DNA from: Malacoraja senta
Lineage: Eukaryota
Length of the DNA: 64,000 nucleotides
Reading direction: 5' to 3'
NCBI GenBank assembly: GCA_038087875.1
Contig: JAXLNO010000533.1
Coordinates: forward strand, 1-64,000
The notes beneath the pieces are model-generated. The model saw nothing but the letters and a program-made list of their open reading frames with translations, did not search any database and was not told where the DNA came from. This document shows, piece after piece, positions 35,101-48,884 of this stretch. Made by a program: the position numbers and the translations under genes. The first letter of the stretch is position 1, and every line of letters starts with the position of its first letter.

Positions 35101-38006
35101 CAAGACTTAAACTTTATTAAATTTATGAAAGATCAGATTGCTTTTTACTTCTTGACAAACTCTAATGAAGAGATATCGAATGATATAGTTTGGGATGCTT
35201 TTAAGGCATATATTCATGGACAAATTATTTCATACTCCGCGGGATTAAAAAAACAAACACAAAAAGAAATACGCACATTGGCTGACGAGATTAAAGAAAT
35301 TGATAAAAAATATTCAAAAGCTCCTAGTTTAGAGCTCTATAAGAATAGTTGAACTTCAATTGAGATATGATTTGTTATTAGTATCACCGATTGAGAACCA
35401 GTTACTTAAAACCAAAAGTAAATTTTATATAAATGGCAACAATCTGGTAAATTACTTACTAATCAATTGAAAGCAGTGTCGGCCAAGAGTCAGATTACTA
35501 AAGTGAGTAAACGGGATGGTACAGTAACTGTAGACCATGACGAAATTAATAAATCCTTTCAGGAATTTTATACCTCCCTATACCAATCAGATTTTCCTAC
35601 TGATTCCAATATAATGCATGAGTTTTTAAAGAAACTGAACTTACCAAATTTACCATACAATGAGTCTCTGTTGTTAGATGAACCCATCACGGAAGAAGAA
35701 ATACAGAGAGCAATTTTTTCAATGAATTCTGGTAAAACACCCGGTTTAGATGGGTTTACAGTAGAATTTTTAAAGTATTTCTCAAATTTATTGTCTCCAT
35801 GGCTATGCAAGGTATTTAAAGAAGCTTTTTTAAAGGAATAGATTACCACAATCTTTTTATGAAGCTTCTATTTCTTTAATTTAAAAAAAAGATAAAGACC
35901 CTACTGAAGTGACATCATATAGACCTATATCAATGTTAAATGTAGATTTTAAAATTCTTTCCAAAATATTAGCTATTAGATTGGAAAAGATTTTACCGCA
36001 AATTATCTCTGAAGATCAGACAGGTTTTATTAAAAATCGTTACTCATTCTTTAATGTTAGGAGATTAATAAATATTGTACATACAGCGTCTAATAAAACC
36101 CCAGAATGTGTCATCTCACTTGATGCCGGGAAGGCTATTGATAGAGTAGAATGGAATACTTATTCAATATACTTGAAAAAGTTAAGATTGGTCCAAAATT
36201 TATCTCTTGGATCAAACTGATATATCTTATACCTCAGGCTTCTGTATTTACTAATAATCAGAGATCCCCTTTTTTCAGGCTCTTTCGAGGTACTAGACAG
36301 GGCTGTCCCTTAAGACCTTTACTATTTCATATTGCTTTGGAAACTTTAGCCACTGCTATTAGGGAATCCCCTAATATTTTTGGTATTGTCCGTGGGAATA
36401 AGACACATAAGCTATCTCTTTATGCAGATGATCTGTTATTACTTATTTCTAACCCTGAGAAATCTATTCCGGCAATAGTAGCATTACTTAATCAATTCAG
36501 TCGTTTTTCTGGTTATAAACTAAATCTTAGTAAGAGTGAGCTTTCCCATTATATAATTTTGTTTCGAGTTATGGACAGTTTCCATTTAGATTGACTACCG
36601 AAAGTTTTACTTATTTAGGTATTAAGATCACCAAGAAACACAAGGATTTATTTAAAGCTAATTTTATTCCTTTAATTGACCATATTAAACATCAGTTCAC
36701 TAAATGGTCACCAATGTCCTTATCCTTAATTGGCCGAATCAATGCTATTAAAATGCTCATTTTACCTAAATTTCTGTATTTATTTCAGACGATACCAATT
36801 TGTATTGCCAAATCTTTCTTTGATATTATAGACTCCAAAATTTCTTCATATATATGGCAGAATAAAAATGCCAGACTAGGTAAAAAATACCTACAGAAAT
36901 CAAAAAAAGTTGGTGGTTTGGCAATGCCGAACCTTAGACTCTACTATTGGGCAGTCAATGTTCGTTATTTAACATTTTGGACAAAAGATTTAGAAGATAC
37001 CCAATGCCCTGGATGGATAAACCTAGAACGTGATTCCTTACAAGGGCTATAATTGGCTTCTATTCTAGGGACCTCGTTACCTTTTACAATTACGAGATTG
37101 AATAAATATATGACGAACCCAATAATAAGACATACGTTCTGAATACGGTTTCAATTTCATAAGTTTTTTGGACTATCTGATTTTATCCAAATTTCTCTTC
37201 CAACCATCTAGTACTGATCAAGTTTTTTTGTTATGGAAGAGGAAGGGATTAGTAGCTTTTTGTGATTTGTTTTTGGAGGGTTGTTTTATGTCTTTCGAAC
37301 AACTCTCCAATAACTTACCTAATTCACACTTTTTTAGATATTTACAAATTAGACAAAAGGAACTACCCCTTTTTCCGCTACCACATCAACCCGAAATTTT
37401 TGATTTTTTTTTACAGTTGAACCCTTATCAGAAAGGATTAATAACGACTATTCATGAGTTGATTTCAAAATTACAAATAGATACATTTGATAAAATTAAT
37501 AATGACTGGGAAAGAGAACTCCAAATGTCTTTATCTATAGAGAAATGGGAGAGGATCCTTCAATTAGTTAATACCTCTTCAATGTGTGCAGACACGCTTT
37601 GATACAATTCAAGGTGGTTCACAGAGCTCATATGTCAAAAGATAAGTTAGCTCGTTTTTTTTTTTTTTGAAAATATTTTTTATTGGAGATAAGTACACAA
37701 CCTATTAACATCATTACCAGTCTTACATTTTTGAATTGATAATATTGTCAATTATTATTACATTGTCTCCAATACCTTTTGCATTTTTTTGTTTTTTTTA
37801 AACTAGATAGAACTAAAAAGATAGATGAAGTAAAGAAAGAAAAGGGAGAGAAGAAAAGAGAAAGAAGGAAAAAAAAAAAAAAAAAAAACAGAAAAGAAAA
37901 AGATAGTTAAAGAAGAATGGAAAAATTTATTAAAATAAAAAACTTCATTCGAGATATATTCGTACATTTCAGAGTATAGCATTTCATCCATTCTTTAGCC
38001 CGAGTG

Positions 38007-41000
38007 CTAGTCAGGTTCCTGTGCTGAACCATTCTGACCCTTTAAATAATCAATAAAGGGAGACAATGTTCCAACGAATAATTCCTGTTTGTCCAACAGG
38101 GAAAATCTGATTATTTCCACGTTTAAGGTCTCCGTCATTTCTATAATCCACATTTTGATTGTGGGGGTTATAGGGCCTTTCCAAAATTTTAGAATTAATT
38201 TTTTTCCCGTTATTATACTATAATCAATAAAGTTTCTTTGTGTTGTTTTAAATGTTTGATTTAATTCTAATGTTCCGAGTATTATTAATTTTGGATCCGG
38301 GTCCAATTGTGTGCTGGTCACTTTAGATATTATACTGAAAATATTTACCCAGAATTTTTTTATTTTTATACAGTTTGCAAACATATGAGATAAGTTAGCT
38401 TCTAAATGTTGACATTTATCACATATAGGTGAGATATGTTGAAAGATTTTATGTAATTTTGTTTTTGAATAATGTAACCTATGTATTACTTTAAATTGTA
38501 TTAATGAATGTCTGGCATTTAATGAACATTGATGTATGTGTTGTAAACTTTCTTCCCAAGTATCTTTCGTTATTATTTGATTTAATTCTTTTTCCCATGT
38601 TTGTCTGTGTAAGTCCGTCGATGGAATGTCACTGTCTAATAAAATATTATATATATAAGATATTAATTTTTCTGTATTAGGATGTTTATTCCAACATTCG
38701 TCAAGAATTTCTGAATTTCTAATTCGAAAATTTTGAGTATTCGATTTTACATAATCTCTGAGTTGAAGATATCTGAAAAAATCATTTCCTTGAAGTCCAT
38801 AAGTCTGTTGCAACTCCTGAAATGTCAGAAAGGTGCCTTCCTTGTAAAGTTGTCCCATATTTTTAATTCCATAATTCTTCCATTGTGTAAAACCCCTGTC
38901 CAACCATGAGGGCTTAAACAAAGGGTTATTCACAATTGGAAGAAAAAGTGATAAATTATCTAATTTTAATGTCTTTTTTAATTGTTTCCAAATTCGTATA
39001 GCACTAAATATTATAGGGTTTTCCTACAATTTTTTTTGTTTAATTTAGACGTAGCAAATAATATCGAGCCGATATCAAAAGGTAAACAATCTTCCTTTTC
39101 CATTTTTAACCAATCTAGTTGTTGATCTATTTCTTCCAACCAGAAATTCATATTTTTAATATTAACTGCCCAAAAATAAAACAGAAAGTTGGGTAAAACC
39201 AAGCCTCCATTTATTTTTGATTTACACAAATGTCTTTTATTTATCCTATGATTCTTATAATCCCAGATAAAATCATTAACAATGGAATCCAATTTTTTTT
39301 TAAAGTTTTTTGACAAATATATCGGAATTGTCTGAAAAAGGTATAATATTTGCGGTAAAAAAATCATTTTTATGGCATTAATTTTGCCAACCATTGAGAT
39401 AGGAAGTGTTTTCCAATATTGAATATTCTTATGTAGTTTGTTCAGTAATGGGGGGAAATTTGCTTTAAATAATGATGTATATATCTTAGTTACGTAAATG
39501 CCTAGGTATTTAAATGTTTCGTTTACTATTTTAAATGGAAATTGTTGTATTATCTGTTTGTTGTGTTCCCTTATTGGCATAATTTCACTTTTATTCCAAT
39601 TTATTCTGTATCCTGAGAGTGAACCAAATTGGGTTATTAGCTTTAATAAGTTTGGAATACTAATTTCTGGTTTTGTAATGTAAATTAGTACATCATCTGC
39701 GTATAGAGAAATTTTATTCACTGTGTCCTTTGTGTTATACCCATGTATTTCCAGATGACCCCTAACTCTTTCTGCGAGTGGCTCAATAGCAAGCGCAAAT
39801 AATAATGGAGATAACGGGCATCCTTGTCTACAACCTCTAGATAGGCTGAATTTAGATGACAACCTTTGGTTTGTTAATATTCTAGCCGTAGGGTTTGTAT
39901 ATAACAGTTTTATCCATGTGCAGAATTTCTCCCCTAGCTGCATATTTTCCATCACCGAAAATAAATAAGACCATTCAACCTGATCAAATGCTTTTTCAGC
40001 GTCAAGTGAGATTATTGCTAGATCTTCATTAATAATTCTCTTAGAATAAATAATATTAAATAATCTTCTTAGATTATAATATGAGTACCGTTTCTGAGTA
40101 AAGCCTGTTTGGTCAGGGTGTATTAATTTATTCATCACTGTACTTAATCTATGCGCTAGTATTTTAGTTAATATTTTCTGATCTGTATTTAAAAGTGCAA
40201 TTGCTCTATATGATCCCGGATCGTCCGGATCTTTATCAACTTTAGGAATAAGTGTTATTATAGATTCATTTAAAGTATCTGAAAGTTTCTGTTGAGTATA
40301 GATATGCTCATACAGCCTTTGTAAACGTGGGGAGAGCAAGTCATAATTTTTTTTATAGAATTCAGAGCCTAAACCATCTGGTCCTACTGCTTTACCATTT
40401 TTTAAAGAGCCAATAGACTCCTCAATATCCTTTATCGTAATCTCCCTTTCTAATAATTCTCTATCGTTTGAATCTAAACCTTTTAAATTACATTTTAGTA
40501 AAAAATCTGCTATTCCTTCTGGTTGTACTACAGTTTTAGTTGAATAAAGATTATGATAGTATTGGAGAAATCTTTCGTTTATATCCTTGGGCATTTTTAA
40601 TAATTCTCCTGTCTCTGTTCTAATTTTATGAATTATTTTTTCCCCTTCCATTTTTCGTAACTGATGTGCTAATAGTTTTTGTGGTTTGTCTCCAAACTCA
40701 AAATGTAATTGTTTGTTTTTTGATAAAGTTTTATTACTTGTTCTGAATACATTTTGTTTAATTTATATTTCAATACAGCAATTTTATTATGTTTTAAAAT
40801 AGATGGCATTCTCGCATTTTCTATATCTTGTTGCTTGATTTCCCTTTCCAATGTTTGTTGTTTAATCTTGTTCTCTTTATTATAAAATACTTGAGCAGAA
40901 ATTAATGCACCTCGAACAAACGCTTTAAACGTTTCCCACATAAGAGAAGTAGGTGTGTCAGGGTTGTCATATACCACAAAAAATATTTGAATCTGTTTAG

Positions 41001-41820
41001 TAAGATATTCTTCGCATGATCTTTCGTTCAAAATTTGTGGGTTAAATCTCCAATATGTTTGTTTCTCGGACATTCCATTTAATTTAATCATGAATGTTAC
41101 AGGTGCGTGATCTGAGATTATAATATTATGGTGTTTTGAGTTGTAAGTAAATGGGATAAACGTGGAGTCAACTAAAAAATAATCTATTCTTGAGTATGTT
41201 TTATGTACTGGTGAGTAAAATGAATATTCCCGTCCAGTTGGATTTTCAATTCTCCAGACATCCTTAATATTAGTGGTATTAATAAATGAATTTAAAAATA
41301 CACTTGATTGAGATTTTACTTTTTTTTGCCTTGATGATCTATCTAAGTATGAATCTAATGTGCAATTGAAGTCTCCTCCAATTATTAATTTATATTGTGT
41401 AAATTCAGGAATTATATTAAATGTTTTATTAAAAAACATAGGGTTATCAAAATTAGGCCCATATACATTAAGAAGAATCACTTTCTCTCCATTTAACTCT
41501 CCAACTAATATAATATATCTACCATCAATATCCGCTATTGTTGATGAATTCGTAAAAGGTATTCCTTTACGAATTAATATTGCAACTCCTCTGGACTTAT
41601 GGGAAAAAGAGGAATGATATGATTCAGCGATCCACTTAGCTTTAAGTCTATGTTGAGATTCCTTTTTAAGGTGTGTTTCTTGAAGGAATATTATATCTGT
41701 TTTGATTGAATTTAGATGTGCCAAAACTTTACCTCTCTTAATTGGTTCATTGATTCCCTTAACATTCCAACTACAAAATGTTATTCCCTGACCCCCTCTT
41801 GTCATATTAACATCTTGCAT
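38007..41820 (-). CDS. L1-B ORF2p (EN-RT-zf), about 1270 aa with two 1-nt frameshifts
   Basis: FCSWNVKG, LQETH, GGDFN, SRIDYFL, SDHAP, RGCRQGCPLSP, LYADDVL and C-terminal CDKC..SHMFANC. Frames switch at about 40712 and about 39022 with no internal stops seen. Confidence 0.85.
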
Positions 41821-42199
41821 ATTGTTTCTAAGGTGGTCTATAACCGAGCAGAAGGTGCAACACATAAAACCTGACCCTGCTCCCGAACCTCGAATAGATG
41901 AATTTAAAATCATATACATCGCTCTTCCGAACACATCTCCTTGAATTAGTCTTGTTGTTCCATTCAAACATTAAGTTATAAAAATATTTAAAGTGAAAAA
42001 AGTGATAGAATTGGTTAGTATAGGGTGAAAGAAAAAAAACTACATCTACAATTAGTGTAGTTAGTGATAGCCACACTAACGTGGCTAGAATTCTAAAGAC
42101 TTCCGTAGCCTTTGTAAAAAAAAAATTCCCAGCTCCGTGCCCGAAAAAAAAAAGAAAGAATATTTCTGACAATCAATTAACTTCTTTGGGAGTAGCAAA

Positions 42200-42231
42200 C
42201 ATATATATATACCCATACATACACACACACA

Positions 42232-42303
<72 letters not shown>

Positions 42304-42320
42304 CATATGCATACATATAT
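42200..42320. repeat. (TA)n/(CA)n microsatellite in the L1-B inter-ORF spacer
   Basis: Direct reading. Confidence 0.95.
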
Positions 42321-42917
42321 ACGCACATATCCCTGCAGAAAAGTCCGAAAACAACATAAATTCACAACGTTATTATTCTGTACATACCATATTAATATCT
42401 TCGCTAAATCTATAAATTTAATTTTAAATTGAAAAATAAAGAGAAAAACCGTCAAACCTTATTATGACGTAGGCTGAATTACCTCTTGCACATCTTCCTG
42501 TAGAATATAAGTATGTAACTCATTTCTACGTTAACCAGAGATTGTTAGTTATTAATCATTGTTATCGATCATACCCAGTATTAAATTTTTATGAGTAATA
42601 TAAATGTTAATAATTTTAGTAGTAATATAGATATTTAATAAGTATTAGCAGTTACATATATAGTTAGATATGAATATACTAAACAGTAATAGTGATTAAT
42701 AACAATTGGTCACAACTATGATATTATTGTTCTTAAAGTTTATACTAAAAATAAAAAAAGATTTAAAAAAAACAAAAAAAAAACACGGTTTTCTCCAATG
42801 TCCACCGTCCATTTCGGTTTTCGAATGTCCTTAAAGCTCTTAAAAGAACTTTAAAGGTCCTTTTAAATCTGGTGAAGTCCCGTTAATCCTTGACTCCTGA
42901 GGAGTAATGTAAATTCT

Positions 42918-43975
42918 TCAGTCTGTGGTCACGTTCCCGATTTCTTTGGCATATTCCAGTGCTTTTTCATGGTCTGTAAAAAATTGCTCCTTCTGCTTGT
43001 AGGTGACTCTTAGTCTTGCGGGGTAAAGCAAGCCGTATCTCAAATCAGGTACCTTCTTCAGTATTCTTTTTGTCTCAGTGAACAGTGCTCTTTTCTTGAA
43101 GACCTCTGCCGGATAATCTCGGTAAATACTGAACCTCGCACCTTCAAAATAGAGCTGTCCGCTTCGGACGATTTTCTTCATTATCTCGTCAAATTCATGA
43201 TCAAGTTGCACCTTTACTATAATTTGTCTTGGATGGGCATCATCTTGTGTACGACGCCCCTGCGCTCTATGTGCTCGACCGAGTGAAGGTTTTTGATCCA
43301 ATTTTAAGGCTTTTTGTAGTAGGTCTGCCACAAAATCCCGAGGGCCCATTTCCCTCTCACTTCCTTCTTTCACCCCTACAATTCTTAAATTCTTGCGTCT
43401 TTGACGCCCCTCCAAATCGGTACACTTATCACTTAATTTGATCACCATACCGGAGAGGCGTTGGTTTTCAATAAGGAGTCGATTTACAGTTTCCTCACTT
43501 GTCGCCGCCCATTTCTCAAGTTCGGTTATCGCTGTTCTATGTTGATCAAGTGCTTGATGAATGGGGACCACCTCCATATTAGCGTTCGATTCCACCGAAA
43601 CGAACCTGGCTTCCAGCACTTCCATCTGTTCCTTGACCTCATCGTCCCTCGACCTCTTCCAGACTTCCAGTATTTCTTGAACGGTAGAAAGCATTTCTGC
43701 TTTAAAATCTACCTTAAAAGAGTTAAGTTCCTCTTTAAAATTCAATTTTCCTTGAAAGGTTTTCAACTGTAGTTGAATCTGTTTAATTTCAACAGCGAGA
43801 AAAGTTTTAAGAACTTCAATTTCAGACTTTTTCTGCTTTGATTTCTTCGTTGGGTCTTCCTGGGCCGTCATTGTACCTGAGGCCGAGGCCTCTGTTAGGC
43901 CTACCTCTTCCATCGGTGGTTTCCCTTTAACGGGTTTTTTTGGCACACGGGGGGGGGGGTATGTTGCGTCGACAT
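42918..43975 (-). CDS. L1-B ORF1p (coiled coil + RRM + CTD)
   Basis: 342-aa open frame with RRKNLRIVGVKE, RAHR, YRDYPAEV and LLYPARLRV. The upstream ATG at 43975 is one base out of frame across a G11 run (43949-43959). Confidence 0.85.
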
Positions 43976-44696
43976 ACCGTCAAAGTCGCGCGCCTGATGA
44001 CGTCACGCGGCAGGCAGCCGTTCAGATCGCGATCGCTGCAGGTAAGACCCGATTTTCTCCCGTTTTCAGATTCTTCGGCACGGAGCTAGTTGGTACTGGA
44101 CTCAAGCCTCCATAGCGCCACCGGAAGTCAAGTTAGCTCGTTTTTATGGTCATATAAATCCTACCTGTGACAGATGTAACTCTGAAGTGGCATCACTGAC
44201 CCATATGTTTTGGTCCTGCCCTCTTTTGGAAAAATATTGGAAATAAATTTTTGATACTATTTCGGTAGTCTTAGGTATAGATTTACAACCTCATCCTATT
44301 ACTGCAATTTTTGGGTTACCAATGTTAGATTCTATTCATTTGTCCCACTCCGCCCATCGGTTGATTGCTTTTACCACATTAATTGCCAGAAGATTTATTT
44401 TCATTAAATGGAAAGATTCCAACCCTCCGACCACACTCCAGTGGTATTCTGAAACGATATCATGTTTAAATTTAGAAAAAATCAGAAGTGACATTGTTGA
44501 ACCCTTGATTCAATTTGATAAGACTTGGGGAAAATTTATTGAACACTTTCATACAACATAAATTGTTCCCTCTTTAACCTTTATAAAAATTATTTTACCT
44601 TCATAGGGTGGAACGGACTTGACGACAAACAGACGTAAATTGTTGAATTTCTCAGTTCAGATTTGGTTTTGCTCTGTTTTGTTTTATTTATTTATT

Positions 44697-47600
44697 TTAT
44701 TTTTATTCTTATTTTATTATTATCCAATTTTTTTTATTTTTTTTTAGTTTAGGGGGGTTTTGTTTTTTCTTTTTCTTTTTGTCTTTTTATCTTTGCTTTT
44801 TTTTTACATTTATGTTTCCTTTTAAAGATTTAACTATATTTACATAGAGATGGAGAGGTCTATATTCATTGTGTATTTTGACACTGGTCTCATATTTTAC
44901 TTCGGAATCACGTGAGTGACTATGTGAAGAACCCCGCCAGTGCGCCTGCGCGTCATTACGTCATACGCCTTGTCGCAAACGGACGTGAGGAGCAGAGCTC
45001 CTCAGTGGATTTGTAGTTTTTTAACTACAAGGTAAGTAAAAACTTTTTTAGTATTTTTTCATGTCCGTTTACTGTGGGTCTGTGGGGATTTCTTCCACAG
45101 ATGCCATGGGAAAAAACGGGCAGGGGGAAGAGGCGAGCGACACAGCCGACAGAAAGTCGGGAAAGTCGGGAGTCTGCGGGTAGCGACCAACCGCCTCTAA
45201 CCCCGGTACAGTCGTCAGCGGTGAGCATAGCGACTGTGGACCTGGGGCAGTCAACGCCTGTCGGGCGCAAGGCCAAGTCCGAATTGAAACGGGCCACGGA
45301 GGAGGAGTCCCAGGAAATGGAAGCTCCAGGGCTAGATACTGCTTTTAAAGCGTATTGCCCAAATGGAAAGCCTGCTACATAGGCTGTTGGAGCAAAGCAC
45401 ACTCAGGTAAGAGTGTACTGAAAACCAAGCTGCTGGAAGCAGCTCAACAGCTCCTGGTTCAGGGCTGATAGAATGCACCCTCAGGGATGAGGAGCGTGCC
45501 ACGGGTCATGAGATTTCAGACCCTGATTCTGACGGTGAGGCTCTATGTGATTTGTCACAGTAGCCGTGATGTACGTGATGTACAGATGTTCCACCCCTGG
45601 CAGTATGATTCGCTGCCCCGTCAGAGTCAGGAGAGCCATTAGAAGAGAATTGGCCTCTCTAATAAATTACTTGGTTTCCCATCAGCTGGAACAGCAGGAA
45701 ATGAATGAGAATGCAAGAAAATATGAGTTGAGTATGATTATGAGAACTCAAGAATTGAAATGGCAGAGAATATTAAAGCTGCTGGAATAACTGCTTTGCC
45801 AGAATAGCGGATAAAAGCCAAGAGATGACGGAGTTGCATCAGAAAGCACTGGGGTTGCTATGCAGCACCCACTTCGAGATCAATTGTCCGAGGAAAGGTG
45901 CTATACGGCCTATTATGAATCCGAAATTCGCAGCACTCTGCAAACCAAGTAATGTACAATTACCCAACTTACTCTTTGGAGAGGATCTCGAGAGATGTGT
46001 TAAAGAGTTGGAAGATGAAGCGAAAACAGGATTGATGAAAACATCAATGGTTGAAAAGTCTGTAAAGCGGAATATCCTTTCAGATGTCATACGGATCCTG
46101 GACAGGACCAAGTCGCACATTAACGCAGGGACGTAGCTGGCGGCCTGCAGCGGGAGCAAGAACCAGTGAGGGTGCTTCCGGGAGAATCCAGGAATCTCAG
46201 AGTACTCAAATGACTCAAGAGGTAGGTGGACCTGGTTCTCATGGGAACATACTAACTGGATTAAGTCCAAAAGTTGGCGGCAGATTATGTCTCTTCTATA
46301 AACAATTGGAAGATTACTTCAGATGTGGTAATTCTGAATAGTATACAAGGATTTCGAATTGAATTCAATCCAAATTATGATTTGCCTGTCCAGCATGTTC
46401 CTAGCAGAATTCTCCACTTCTTCGGCATGGACTTGAAAGGCCGAGATGGCCTGTTTTCCTGCTGTAATTGTCATATGGTTTGCACAAAAAGAAGTGATGG
46501 AGGTTCAAGCTGCGTTTCAAACCCTATATATAAAATGTGTTATTGAAGAATCAGTCTACCAAATTCACCAATTTGTGTTAAATATATTCCATCGATCAAA
46601 AAAGGATTGAGGATGTGGGATTATTCTAGACTTGACAAGTCTGAATCCTTTTGTTTAATTTAAACATTTTAAAAGAGATATTTGTGACTGCCAAACAACT
46701 TATTTCAGAAGCATGTCATATGGCAACTATAGATTTAAAAGATACATATTCAGTATCTTAAATTTACATGGATGAACCAGTTATGGCAGTTTATTTTTAT
46801 TCTTATTTTATTATTATCCAATTTTTTTAATTTTTTTTTAGTTTAGGGGGGTTTTGTTTTTTCTTTTTCTTTTTGTCTTTTTATCTTTGCTTTTTTTTTA
46901 CATTTATGTTTCCTTTTAAAGATTTAACTATATTTACATAGAGATGGAGAGGTCTATATTCATTGTGTATTTTGACACTGGTCTCATATTTTACTTCGGA
47001 ATCACGTGAGTGACTATGTGAAGAACCCCGCCAGTGCGCCTGCGCGTCATTACGTCATACGCCTTGTCGCAAACGGACGTGAGGAGCAGAGCTCCTCAGT
47101 GGATTTGTAGTTTTTTAACTACAAGGTAAGTAAAAACTTTTTTAGTATTTTTTCATGTCCGTTTACTGTGGGTCTGTGGGGATTTCTTCCACAGATGCCA
47201 TGGGAAAAAACGGGCAGGGGGAAGAGGCGAGCGACACAGCCGACAGAAAGTCGGGAAAGTCGGGAGTCTGCGGGTAGCGACCAACCGCCTCTAACCCCGG
47301 TACAGTCGTCAGCGGTGAGCATAGCGACTGTGGACCTGGGGCAGTCAACGCCTGTCGGGCGCAAGGCCAAGTCCGAATTGAAACGGGCCACGGAGGAGGA
47401 GTCCCAGGAAATGGAAGCTCCAGGGCTAGATACTGCTTTTAAAGCGTATTGCCCAAATGGAAAGCCTGCTACATAGGCTGTTGGAGCAAAGCACACTCAG
47501 GTAAGAGTGTACTGAAAACCAAGCTGCTGGAAGCAGCTCAACAGCTCCTGGTTCAGGGCTGATAGAATGCACCCTCAGGGATGAGGAGCGTGCCACGGGT

Positions 47601-48884
47601 CATGAGATTTCAGACCCTGATTCTGACGGTGAGGCTCTATGTGATTTGTCACAGTAGCCGTGATGTACGTGATGTACAGATGTTCCACCCCTGGCAGTAT
47701 GATTCGCTGCCCCGTCAGAGTCAGGAGAGCCATTAGAAGAGAATTGGCCTCCCTAATAAATTACTTCGTTTCCCATCAGCTGGAACAGCAGGAAATGAAT
47801 GAGAATGCAAGAAAATATGAGTTGAGTATGATTATGAGAACTCAAGAATTGAAATGGCAGAGAATATTAAAGCTGCTGGAATAACTGCTTTGCCAGAATA
47901 GCGGATAAAAGCCAAGAGATGACGGAGTTGCATCAGAAAGCACTGGGGTTGCTATGCAGCACCCACTTCGAGATCAATTGTCCGAGGAAAGGTGCTATAC
48001 GGCCTATTATGAATCCGAAATTCGCAGCACTCTGCAAACCAAGTAATGTACAATTACCCAACTTACTCTTTGGAGAGGATCTCGAGAGATGTGTTAAAGA
48101 GTTGGAAGATGAAGCGAAAACAGGATTGATGAAAACATCAATGGTTGAAAAGTCTGTAAAGCGGAATATCCTTTCAGATGTCATACGGATCCTGGACAGG
48201 ACCAAGTCGCACATTAACGCAGGGACATAGCTGGCGGCCTGCAGCGGGAGCAAGAACCAGTGAGGGTGCTTCCGGGAGAATCCAGGAATCTCAGAGTACT
48301 CAAATGACTCAAGAGGTAGGTGGACCTGGTTCTCATGGGAACATACTAACTGGATTAAGTCCAAAAGTTGGCGGCAGATTATGTCTCTTCTATAAACAAT
48401 TGGAAGATTACTTCAGATGTGGTAATTCTGAATAGTATACAAGGATTTCGAATTGAATTCAATCCAAATTATGATTTGCCTGTCCAGCATGTTCCTAGCA
48501 GAATTCTCCACTTCTTCGGCATGGACTTGAAAGGCCGAGATGGCCTGTTTTCCTGCTGTAATTGTCATATGGTTTGCACAAAAAGAAGTGATGGAGGTTC
48601 AAGCTGCGTTTCAAACCCTATATATAAAATGTGTTATTGAAGAATCAGTCTACCAAATTCACCAATTTGTGTTAAATATATTCCATCGATCAAAAAAGGA
48701 TTGAGGATGTGGGATTATTCTAGACTTGACAAGTCTGAATCCTTTTGTTTAATTTAAACATTTTAAAAGAGATATTTGTGACTGCCAAACAACTTATTTC
48801 AGAAGCATGTCATATGGCAACTATAGATTTAAAAGATACATATTCAGTATCTTAAATTTACATGGATGAACCAGTTATGGCAGT
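44697..48884 (+). repeat. 2094-bp direct tandem duplication (about 44697-46790 / 46791-48884)
   Basis: ORF pairs are offset by exactly 2094 (45025/47119, 45825/47919). At least four substitutions between copies were seen by eye. Confidence 0.95.

Larger units (their letters stand above)
37660..44129 (-). mobile_element. Full-length L1-clade LINE (L1-B, about 6.47 kb) with TSD
   Basis: TSD AAGTTAGCTCGTTTTT at 37644-37659 and 44130-44145, 5' end GACTTCCGGTGGCGCTATGG, and AATAAA plus poly(A) tail at about 37655-37684. Confidence 0.95.

Noticed and set aside
45025-48364. Paired antisense ORFs (125 aa, 143 aa)
   Set aside because: They are shadow frames of the DIRS gag region, repeated only because of the 2094-bp duplication.
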